The notes under the pieces: generated by a model
The model's database searches: none
Told to the model about the DNA's origin: nothing
Seen by the model: the letters and a program-made list of their open reading frames with translations, nothing else
Source: Candidatus Marinacidobacterales bacterium
Lineage (GTDB): Bacteria; Acidobacteriota; Vicinamibacteria; Marinacidobacterales; DATDRI01
Length of the DNA stretch: 64,000 nt
NCBI GenBank assembly: GCA_965219415.1
Contig: CBDCNP010000002.1
Span: 5,312,001 to 5,376,000, forward strand
Reading direction: 5' to 3'
Position numbers and translations under genes: made by a program
In this document: positions 11,283 through 19,732 of the stretch, piece after piece
Position numbering within the stretch: the first letter of the stretch is position 1
Layout of the letters: the number at the start of each line of letters is the position of its first letter

Positions 11283-12666
11283 GGATCTACGCGGATTCGT
11301 GTGGGTTGAAAACTGCATTTCTGGGTAATGGCGGAAGGAAAGCCGCCACGATCTTCAGCTTGAGATATTCCTCGTCGCGATAGCCGTAGGCGCGTCGTTG
11401 CAGAACACGGATTTTGTTGTTGACCCCTTCAACTAGGCCGAGACTGACTTTGTTCTCCGGATGACAGTAGGAGGCGATACCGTCCCAATGGGACTCAATC
11501 ATACCGGCGAACTTCTGGTACGGATGCAGGCGTTGCCATTTGAGGCTGTCTTTCCAACGAGTGAAAAAGGCGCGAGCGCCGCGTTCGGTGCGGTAACCCC
11601 AGAGTTGCCCGAAGGCCTCCTTCAAAATATAGGCGGTGTTCAGGCGCCGGTTGGCCTGGAGCAACTTTTTGAGTGCGCGGCGACCGTCTAGGCTCAGGTT
11701 CTCCCGCCGGGAAAGCAAAGTGTAACGCTGCCCCTTGATGTACGACCGGTCCTTGCCGCTGAGGCGTTTGTACTCACCGCGCCGGACCTCATCGAGGGCC
11801 TTTGACAGATGACGCATGATATGAAACTTGTCGAAGATGATCCGCGCATTAGGCGCGTTGTGAATCACCGAGTTCCGGAAGGGCTTCCACATATCCATGG
11901 CGGCCAGCTTGATACGGGCGCTTTTCTTTCCGCCCGGCGCCTTGAAGAACAAATCGATGTCGGTTTCTTTGCGACCCTCACCGCCCACCCAGATGGGACG
12001 CGCCCGCTCCAGGTCGCTGACAATGACGCGATAGTTATGTCCCTTGCGGATGGAGATCTCATCGACACCGATGGCCCGAGGCGCCGGTAGCCCCGCCCGG
12101 TCGACCTGCTCTTGCATGTAGAGCGTATCCAGAGCCTTCACCGTACCGTGGTGCAGACGTTCCATCTCGGCCACCGCCTTGTTCGGCATATCCCGGCACA
12201 GCTTGCCCACATGCGTCGCAAAACGCTGGGTGTAGCGCGAGTTGTTCGCCAGCCAGTCTAGGTGTTCTACATGCACACCGCCGCACCCAGAACAGTTGAC
12301 GCGCCAACGCTCGTATTCCAGATAGATCCGCCAGCCTGCCAACGACAGGTCGCGGACCCGGCACACTTGCTTGTCATAGCGCCCCCGGCACCGTTGCCCA
12401 CAGTAAGAGCACACAGCTGTTTTTTTCGCCTCTTGAGCTGGATGACGCGGGCGTATCGGTCACCGAATAGACCCTTCAATCCGGCACCAACCACGAAACC
12501 TGGCAGCGCAAACAGCGAGCGGATCGACTGGGAATTTTTCACTCGGTTAGCCTATCCTAAAAATGGACCACTTTTCAGCACCTGATGAAGTACTCGATAC
12601 CTTTTCCACACAATGAGTTACACTGTTTTTCCGTCAGAACTTACCCACACGAATCCGCGTAAACCC
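11283..12666 (-). mobile_element. ISL3-family insertion sequence, 1384 bp
   Basis: 24 bp inverted repeats GG(A/G)T(C/T)TACGCGGATTCGTGTGGGT. AT-rich target duplication TATTTAGT (11275-11282) and TATTTAAGT (12667-12675). Confidence 0.92.
11287..12542 (-). CDS. ISL3 transposase, two ORFs joined by a probable -1 frameshift
   Basis: Zinc finger CSYC...CSGC, IGVDE, AMDMW, FDKFH and EGVNNKI motifs. ORFs 12267-12542 and 11287-12414 overlap at an A7C run (12419-12426). Confidence 0.9.
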
Positions 12667-12994
12667 TATTTAAGTTACGGTGAGTCGTTTCCGCTCGGGT
12701 GAGCTCGGCGGATTCTTCGGGGGGCTGATTCGCAAGGCGGCCGAAGAAGGGGCGAGCGAAGGACTCCGGCAATACATTGAGGTTAGCAAGACCGCGATCG
12801 AATCGTACTACCGGGATCGCTAATCTCGTTCCCCGCGTCAGGCCGCAACTCATCGCCTAGAACAGCAGCTCAAGCCCCCAAAGGCAACAGCTCATGAGCT
12901 AAAGCCGCAACTCATGAGGAACCAGCACCCGACCAGCGAAGAGGGTGTCTCGTTATCGGTGGGCGGTAGCTCGTTTGCTGGATCGGAGGCTTCC

Positions 12995-13216
12995 TCAGTC
13001 CTTTCCCGCGACCGGGGAAACGATGTCACCGACGATCCGCCCGGTGCCACGAGCGGACCCTAGCCATTTGCGCTTTTCCCTTTTCACCGCGGCCGGAACC
13101 ACCTGAGCGATGGGCTCTCCCCTCCTCGTGATAAGGATCGGCTTTCCGGTTCGTTGAACTTTCTCTAGCAGCTCATGGCAACTTGCCTTGAATGTCGAGA
13201 TATTCACTGTTTCCAT
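12995..13216 (-). CDS. Phd/YefM-family antitoxin (orphan)
   Basis: METVNISTFKASCHELLEKVQRTGKPILITRRGEPIAQV is the typical Phd fold. No toxin ORF follows. Confidence 0.8.
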   Translation of the reverse strand: METVNISTFKASCHELLEKVQRTGKPILITRRGEPIAQVVPAAVKREKRKWLGSARGTGRIVGDIVSPVAGKD

Positions 13217-13247
13217 GAAAAATTGTCCCGATGTTAGCTGGTGCTCA

Positions 13248-16200
13248 CTAGGGAGTCGTAGCTGCGACCCGGTTCCGTCGCTCGACGCGGCGGGTCTGGT
13301 ACCGCTCGCGGTCACGGCGGTGGGCTTCCGTATCAGGAAAACCTTCACCCGGACTGTAGGGGTAGGCCGTCATATCGTGAAACGGAAGAGGTTCAACCGT
13401 ATCCGAAAAGGCGGAGTTGAGATCCATATCCTTTCCAAAGCCATCGGCGAACACCAGGAACGTTCGTGTCCAGCCATCCGGCAATGAAGGAAGGCGGTCG
13501 GCTTGGAAAAAAAGGGTGAGCTCATCGCCGTTCTTGGTGATGACGTAACGATCGTCGATGTCATGCACCAGCTCCCGTACGTCACCATATCGGGTATAAC
13601 CGCCCTCGTGTGCGTCCCAAACCTCGGTCGCAGAGATTCGAGAGTAATCATAGATGTACGGTGCTCGGCCGTCCGGATTGATGGAGGCTGGAAAGCCACG
13701 GAAACCAAGCTCGGCACGATCCGGGGCAAGCTCGGTGACTTGAAGATCGATGTCGGGGGCAACGGTCGCCACCAGGATCTGATCCCAATAGATCTTCTGG
13801 CTGGTGCTGATGCGCACGCGGCGATGTCCTGCGTCGACGATGCCACGTAGATCGACCAGCATGGTCTTGGGAAGACCGGCCGGGAATCCCATCTGTTCGA
13901 TCGCCATGCGAAAGTCGCCTTCCCCGTCCTCCACCTCGAGATACGGGGTCCTCACCGTAGCCCCAGCCTGCCAGGCAGCGAGGTTCGAGCTCGAATCGGT
14001 GTAATCGATCCACCCATAAAGAAGCAGCACCGCCTCTTCCCCGTCGTCGATCTCACCGAGATCCAGCGTCAGGGAATGCGGCTCGGCATAGCCCTTGAAT
14101 GGCAACGTCGTGAGCTCACTGGGATAGAGTCGATCCTTCTCGGCGATCAGATGCGTCACGTCGTTGCCTCGGTGATCGACCGCCTCGATCGGAGGGCGCG
14201 CATCCCGAACCGGATAGAGTTGCGGCTTGGGATAGGGTGGTGCCGGTAAGAGGCGCTCATTGGGAAAGACGTCGACCTCAGCGGGATGATCTACCGCGAC
14301 CAATGACGCTTTGTCATAGCCGAGCACTTCTTCGAGCTGGTTGATCCAGCGGAGCTCATACGCTCCATCCCTCGGTTCGGGCGGAAAGTGCTCGAGCTTG
14401 ATGTACTCATCCGTATCGGGATAGTTGTACTTTCCTGGAGCGTGGAGATAACCGACGGCGGCCCCGCCGAGAAAGTCGGTCACGAAACGAATCTTTTCGC
14501 CATCCCATGTGTAGAGGATCGGACAGGAAGTCCCTTTGCGATTGAGCTCTTCGTAGGTCACGGTCTGGCCGCCTTCGACATCCATCTCGATCTGCTTCAC
14601 ACCACCCGGCCAGAGAAAACGAATGTAATCGGCGGCTTTTTGTGACCCCAGCCCGAAATGAAGGGGCAGATCGTTCTGAGACATGTAGCCGGAGATCGAG
14701 CGGACCTCCCGGCGGACGCGCGCCGAGCCCGCTTTCAGTTCGATTTTGGTTCCGAGGCCATCCTTGTTGCTTCGGAGCCCTTGCGCGATGACGTCGATCC
14801 ACCCTCCCGAGTTGCCGCCATCGTTTCGGAAGAACAACAGCCGACCGCGATTGGTACCGACCACCGCGTCGAGATCGCCATCGCCATCAACGTCCGCGAC
14901 AGCCAGCGCTCGGCCCGCACCAACATTCCCCCTCGGCGTTGCGAGAACGCCGGCCCGCCTATAACCGGAGCGCGAGTTTTCATAGAAGGCGCCGACCGCC
15001 CCGGCCTCGTTCGTCACCAAGAGCAAGTCCAAATCGGCATCGTTGTCGGCGTCCAGGAAGGTTGTGCCGAACCGACCGCCCGGGACTCCGGCTGCCAACA
15101 GACCGGGCGACACCACATCGGGGGTGAAACCGCTCTGCGCGGGCCCACGTAGAAGTAAGTTCAAGGCGGAGCCCTCGGCGGTGAAAAACAAATCGAAATC
15201 GCCGTTTCGATCTATATCGGCGGAATCTATGCCCCGCATCCTTCCGGAGGTTTCGATGCCCCAAGCGCCGGCGCTCTCGGTAAAGGTTCCGACCCGATCG
15301 TTCGAGAAGGCCTGCACCGGTTGGCCATCGTTCACCACCAGGAAATCGATGTCTCGGTCATCGTCCAAATCGGAGAAGACCGAGCCCAAACTTCGGGACG
15401 GTCCGCCCGCGGTGCGACTCGCCGAACCGATCTCCGTGAACGTGCCGTTGCCATTGTTTCGATAGAGACGATTCGGAGCGCCCACTAGGTCTTGTGGCAC
15501 GCGTAGCGCCCCACTCTCGGGATGAGCTTCGGGATCGACATAGTTCGAAACATAAAGGTCCAGATCGCCGTCGTGATCGACATCGGTGAAGGTTGCACTT
15601 ACCGAAACGTCACTGCCACCCACGTCCGCGTCTGATTTTGCGAATTGTCCCGCGCCGTCGTTGAGGAACAGCGCATTCGATCCCGAACCAACGAGATAAA
15701 CATCGGCATCGCCGTCGCCATCGACGTCTCCGACTGTCACGCCGAAAAACTTACCGTTTTCCGGGATTCCCGCCGCACCCTTGCGAAACCGACCACCCTC
15801 GTTGACGAAGACGAGTGCTCCACCGTCTCGAACGAAGATCAGGTCCGGGTCTCCGTCGGCATCGAGATCACGAAAGGCCAGCCCGCTGCCCAAGTGAGGC
15901 AGGAGCCGGCTCTCGATGAAATCCAATCCGAACCTCGAAGCGACGACGGAATCGGGCCAAGCGGGAGGTGATGGCAAGGCCGGTAGGCCGAGCCCGGCTT
16001 CTTGGGTCGCTTCCACCCAGCGGACCGCGGGCTCCACGGTCGCCTCGGGTCGCGCTTCCTGAAGCGGTGGTGATGACTCTTCGATGGCTTCAGCGTAGGG
16101 TCCGAGCTCGGTGTACTGGAGCCCGGCCGATGCGGCCTCGGCGGGAAAACTTTCCTTGAGGTTGCGGAAGATCCCCAACTCTTTTCGGCCCTCATCCGTT

Positions 16201-16754
16201 CTCCCTTGACGAATAAGAACGTTTCCCAAACTGAAGTGGGCCGATTCATTGTTGGGTTGAAGCTCGAGGGTCTTTCTGAGGGTCGCCTCCGCGTCCTCCA
16301 AACGTCCCAGGTTGGCGTAGAGGGTACCCAAGTAGTAAATCGTCATCGCGTCCGTAGGGTCTTGCGCTGCCACCTTTTCGAAGGCGGTCACCGCTTCTTC
16401 CGTGTTTCCCATGAGTTTGAAGATGAGCCCGAGGTTATAGAGAACGTACGGATTGTCGGGACCGAGGGCCTTCGCTGTCTCGAACGCCGCTTGCGCACTA
16501 TCGAAGTCGCGTTGGTTGAAATAGGCGATCCCCAGATTCACCTGGCCGGCTAGCGAATCCGGCTCTAGGGCGACGACCGCTTCGAACTCAGCTGCCGCCT
16601 CCTCGAATCGAAATTGCTCTAGAAGTGCGACGCCCCGGTTGGCGTGAACCTGCGCATTATCCGAGGTTTCCTGCTCTGATGGAAAGCCCCGCAGAGAAAC
16701 TCCAAAGATCAAGACAAGCAAATAGATACCGACGGCTAGATTCGTTGTTTTCAT
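13248..16754 (-). CDS. Large secreted TPR + FG-GAP/VCBS repeat + ASPIC/UnbV (CRTAC1-like) protein
   Basis: Signal peptide, N-terminal TPRs, many DxDxDGDxD Ca-binding repeats, GYMSQND...LHFGLG UnbV motif and a C-terminal domain starting SCPILYTWDG. Confidence 0.85.
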   Translation of the reverse strand: MKTTNLAVGIYLLVLIFGVSLRGFPSEQETSDNAQVHANRGVALLEQFRFEEAAAEFEAVVALEPDSLAGQVNLGIAYFNQRDFDSAQAAFETAKALGPDNPYVLYNLGLIFKLMGNTEEAVTAFEKVAAQDPTDAMTIYYLGTLYANLGRLEDAEATLRKTLELQPNNESAHFSLGNVLIRQGRTDEGRKELGIFRNLKESFPAEAASAGLQYTELGPYAEAIEESSPPLQEARPEATVEPAVRWVEATQEAGLGLPALPSPPAWPDSVVASRFGLDFIESRLLPHLGSGLAFRDLDADGDPDLIFVRDGGALVFVNEGGRFRKGAAGIPENGKFFGVTVGDVDGDGDADVYLVGSGSNALFLNDGAGQFAKSDADVGGSDVSVSATFTDVDHDGDLDLYVSNYVDPEAHPESGALRVPQDLVGAPNRLYRNNGNGTFTEIGSASRTAGGPSRSLGSVFSDLDDDRDIDFLVVNDGQPVQAFSNDRVGTFTESAGAWGIETSGRMRGIDSADIDRNGDFDLFFTAEGSALNLLLRGPAQSGFTPDVVSPGLLAAGVPGGRFGTTFLDADNDADLDLLLVTNEAGAVGAFYENSRSGYRRAGVLATPRGNVGAGRALAVADVDGDGDLDAVVGTNRGRLLFFRNDGGNSGGWIDVIAQGLRSNKDGLGTKIELKAGSARVRREVRSISGYMSQNDLPLHFGLGSQKAADYIRFLWPGGVKQIEMDVEGGQTVTYEELNRKGTSCPILYTWDGEKIRFVTDFLGGAAVGYLHAPGKYNYPDTDEYIKLEHFPPEPRDGAYELRWINQLEEVLGYDKASLVAVDHPAEVDVFPNERLLPAPPYPKPQLYPVRDARPPIEAVDHRGNDVTHLIAEKDRLYPSELTTLPFKGYAEPHSLTLDLGEIDDGEEAVLLLYGWIDYTDSSSNLAAWQAGATVRTPYLEVEDGEGDFRMAIEQMGFPAGLPKTMLVDLRGIVDAGHRRVRISTSQKIYWDQILVATVAPDIDLQVTELAPDRAELGFRGFPASINPDGRAPYIYDYSRISATEVWDAHEGGYTRYGDVRELVHDIDDRYVITKNGDELTLFFQADRLPSLPDGWTRTFLVFADGFGKDMDLNSAFSDTVEPLPFHDMTAYPYSPGEGFPDTEAHRRDRERYQTRRVERRNRVAATTP

Positions 16755-16870
16755 CGCGACCCGATTATGAACACGCGGTCGAGAGGGTGTCAATGTCGGG
16801 AAGTGCGCGTGCTATAATTTCGTCCACCCCGGCTTTAACAAGCCGGGCTTTTCATTGATAGGGCCAAGCC

Positions 16871-18826
16871 ATGCAACAAGTCCAAAGCCTCACCAAGGGC
16901 TTCGCCGGTCAAATCCTCTTCGACAACGTCACCTGGAGCGTTTCGGAAGGCGACCGAGTGGGTCTCACCGGTCCCAACGGCTCCGGGAAGACCACACTGC
17001 TTCGCATCCTGGCGGGGACGGAGACCCCCGACAAGGGCGACGTCACGGCGCCGCGAGGAACGAGAGTCGGCTTCCTTCCACAGGACGGGCTCAGTCATAG
17101 CGGCCGGACACTCAGAGAAGAAGCGACGTCTGTGTTCGCCGAGGTTTTGGCGCTCCGGGATGAGCAGCGGGAGCTCGAGGAAGCGATGGGCCGGCTGGAT
17201 CCCGAACATAGCGACTACCGGGCGGTGCTCAAGCGATATGGGGAATGCCAAGAAGAGTGGGATCGGCAGGAGGGATTCGGCATCGAAGGACGCGTCGAGG
17301 AAGTCCTCCGCGGGCTGGGGTTTCAAGGTACGGAGCTCAAAGCGCCTACCGAGACGTTCAGCGGCGGCTGGCAGATGCGTATCGCCCTAGCCAAGCTGCT
17401 TCTCTCTCGCCCCGATATTCTGTTGCTCGACGAGCCCACCAATCACCTCGATCTCGAGGCAAGAAACTGGCTGGAGGAATTCCTCGCGGTCTACCCGCAT
17501 GCGGTGGTCCTCGTCTCCCACGACCGCTTTTTCCTCGATCAGGTCGTCACCCGCATCACCGAGATCGATCGGCGCCGACTCCAAGACTACCCGGGCACCT
17601 ACTCCAATTTTCTCGAGGTTCGGGAAAAGGCGATCGCCGAGCTCCGGGCCCGTGCTCGTCACCAACAAGAGGAGATGGAGCGCATCCAGCGATTCATCGA
17701 CCGCTTTCGCGCCAAAGCCAGCAAGGCCAAGCAGGTGCAAAGTCGAGTGAAGATGCTCGAGAAGATCGAACGGATCGAAGTCCCTCCGGAGAGGAAGCTC
17801 ATGAAGCTGCGACTGCCGCAGCCGGAAAGGAGCGGCCGGGTCGTTCTCGAACTGAAGGCGGTCACCAAGAAATATGGTGAGAAGCGAGTGTTCGACGGTG
17901 TCGATCTACTGGTGGAGCGCGGAGAGCGGGTAGCCTTGGTGGGCCCGAACGGTGCCGGCAAGTCCACTCTTATTCGCCTCCTGGCCGGCGTGGAGCCGCC
18001 GAACTCCGGCAAGCTCAAACCGGGTCACAAAGTAAGCCGAGGCTACTTCAGCCAAGAACGGGCCTTCGACCTCGACCAAGACAAGACCGTTCTTGCTAAT
18101 CTGATGGCAGTCGCGCCGGTCGAACTCGTTCCCCGGCTCCGCAGCATCCTGGGGGCGTTTCTCTTCAGGGACGACGATGTGGACAAGAAAGCCAAGGTGC
18201 TTTCCGGCGGCGAGAAGAGCCGGCTCGCGCTCGCCAAAATGTTGCTGCACCCCGCGAACGTGCTCTTGCTAGATGAGCCCACCAACCATCTCGATCTCGA
18301 CTCCAAGGAAGTGCTGCTCAACGCACTCAAAGGATGCACCGGAACTCTCATCTTCGTCTCTCACGACCGCTACTTTATCGACGAGCTGGCCACCAAAGTG
18401 GCCGAAATCGGAAACGGAACGGTCCAGCTGCACTGGGGGAACTACGAGGATTTCGTGCGCGCCACCGCACCCCCGGACGCCGAGGAAGTCCCCAAGGAAG
18501 TCCCTCGGGAGGTCCCGAAGGAAATAAAAGCCATCTCGAAGAAACCTTCGCGACCGACCTCTACCAAGGAAGCCATGGCCGCAGCGCGTAACGGGAAATC
18601 CAACCGAGCGCGGGAACGGCGCAAGAAAGTTCAGAAGCTCGAGGACGGGATCGCCGAGCTCGAGACCGCGATAGCCAGCCTTGAGGGGAGGATGGCGGTC
18701 CCTGGCTTCTACGACGACGCAGGCGCCGCGGCTGGCGTGGTCGCCACACACGAAAGCCTCAAAGTGGAGTTGGATCGGCTCTATAAGGAGTGGGAGAGCC
18801 TTACTGCAGAGACCGAGCGACGTTAA
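16871..18826 (+). CDS. ABC-F family ATPase (translation factor-like)
   Basis: Two ABC domains (GPNGSGKT/FSGGW, GPNGAGKS/LSGGE, LDEPTNHLD), no TM segments, C-terminal coiled coil. Confidence 0.93.
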   Translation: MQQVQSLTKGFAGQILFDNVTWSVSEGDRVGLTGPNGSGKTTLLRILAGTETPDKGDVTAPRGTRVGFLPQDGLSHSGRTLREEATSVFAEVLALRDEQRELEEAMGRLDPEHSDYRAVLKRYGECQEEWDRQEGFGIEGRVEEVLRGLGFQGTELKAPTETFSGGWQMRIALAKLLLSRPDILLLDEPTNHLDLEARNWLEEFLAVYPHAVVLVSHDRFFLDQVVTRITEIDRRRLQDYPGTYSNFLEVREKAIAELRARARHQQEEMERIQRFIDRFRAKASKAKQVQSRVKMLEKIERIEVPPERKLMKLRLPQPERSGRVVLELKAVTKKYGEKRVFDGVDLLVERGERVALVGPNGAGKSTLIRLLAGVEPPNSGKLKPGHKVSRGYFSQERAFDLDQDKTVLANLMAVAPVELVPRLRSILGAFLFRDDDVDKKAKVLSGGEKSRLALAKMLLHPANVLLLDEPTNHLDLDSKEVLLNALKGCTGTLIFVSHDRYFIDELATKVAEIGNGTVQLHWGNYEDFVRATAPPDAEEVPKEVPREVPKEIKAISKKPSRPTSTKEAMAAARNGKSNRARERRKKVQKLEDGIAELETAIASLEGRMAVPGFYDDAGAAAGVVATHESLKVELDRLYKEWESLTAETERR

Positions 18827-18863
18827 TGTCAGGGATGACCGGGACGCGAACCGTACTTAGTAG

Positions 18864-19310
18864 CTAGTAGTCGCCGATTTCGAGCTCGCTGATGGCGTCC
18901 TTGGCGAGGGCATCCACTCTTTCGTTCTCCGGATGTCCATCGTGACCTCGGACCCATTCCCACGTCAGCCGGTGTTTCTCTCCGAGATCCCAAAGCATTT
19001 GCCATAGGTCCCGGTTTTTCACCGGTGAACCGCTTGCCGTCTTCCATCCCTTTCGTCGCCAGGCGTGAATCCAGCGCGTCATGCCTAAGGCAACGTATTG
19101 GGAGTCGGTGACGACTCGCACCTGGGAAGGCTGTGGCAGAGATTCCAAGGCGCGGATGACCGCCAAGAGCTCCATGCGATTGTTGGTCGTTTCGGCCTCT
19201 GCACCATGGAGCTCGCGCCGCTCGCTATTTTCGTCGACGATGGCCGCCCAGCCGCCGGGACCTGGATTGCCTTGGCAGGCGCCGTCGGTGAAAACCGTTA
19301 CCTCTTTCAT
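18864..19310 (-). CDS. rnhA: Ribonuclease HI
   Basis: FTDGACQGNPGPGG, TTNNRMEL, TDSQY and WVRGHDGHPENERVD motifs. Confidence 0.97.
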   Translation of the reverse strand: MKEVTVFTDGACQGNPGPGGWAAIVDENSERRELHGAEAETTNNRMELLAVIRALESLPQPSQVRVVTDSQYVALGMTRWIHAWRRKGWKTASGSPVKNRDLWQMLWDLGEKHRLTWEWVRGHDGHPENERVDALAKDAISELEIGDY

Positions 19311-19384
19311 GCTGGGAGCCGGCCCATCATACCGGACAGATGATGCTTCGGGGGAATTGGGAAAGGAGAGAAGGTCCTCTTCTA

Positions 19385-19520
19385 CTCCTCTCCCTTCCGC
19401 CTTCGCGGAAGCTTCAGCGGACCCGCCGAAGTCCTTAGGACGGAGGCGGGCAGGGAGAGCATGGCGTCAGTCGATGCCGTGCCGCTATCAAGGGAGCCAG
19501 ACGCGACGCCGGGTGAGGGT
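19385..19520 (-). repeat. REP-like palindromic element with a second palindromic element (19396-19450) nested in its loop
   Basis: Outer CCCTCACCCGG...CTCTCCC/GGGAGAGG matches the copy at 47757. Inner TCCGCCTTCGC.GAAGCTTC.GCGG...GGCGGG matches the copy at 39781. Confidence 0.7.
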
Positions 19521-19732
19521 GGTCAAGAAAAGCTGGGGAGCCGGAGGGGAAGGCCGGTATCCGTGAGGGGTTCCTATGACCGGATCCGGGTGCCGATTTT
19601 CACTTCAATCCCCCGACTCCCACCGCTTAGCAATACAAGGCGTGTGCCAATCTCCCCTAAATGATGTAACCCATTTAAAATTAATGGCTTGAATGGAAAT
19701 CGCTTCTTCCTGGCCTTCGAAGAGGGCAAGAA

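Larger units (their letters stand above)
10378..12823 (+). pseudogene. Secreted hypothetical protein interrupted by ISL3
   Basis: Signal peptide ending AFA-Q. Excising the IS rejoins SFYLV-TVSRFRSGELGGFFGGLIRK...YYRDR* with the stop at 12821-12823. Confidence 0.8.

Noticed and set aside
11283-11328. C-terminus DLRGFVWVENCISG of ORF 10342-11328
   Set aside because: Read-through into the ISL3 end. The true C-terminus lies at ~12676-12823.
12842-12920. Short repeats as a CRISPR array
   Set aside because: The repeats are too short and degenerate, there are no spacer-length gaps, and no cas genes.
14800-15900. Recurring GAC/GGC-rich DNA motifs here and at 27800-28850
   Set aside because: Explained by protein-level FG-GAP repeats.
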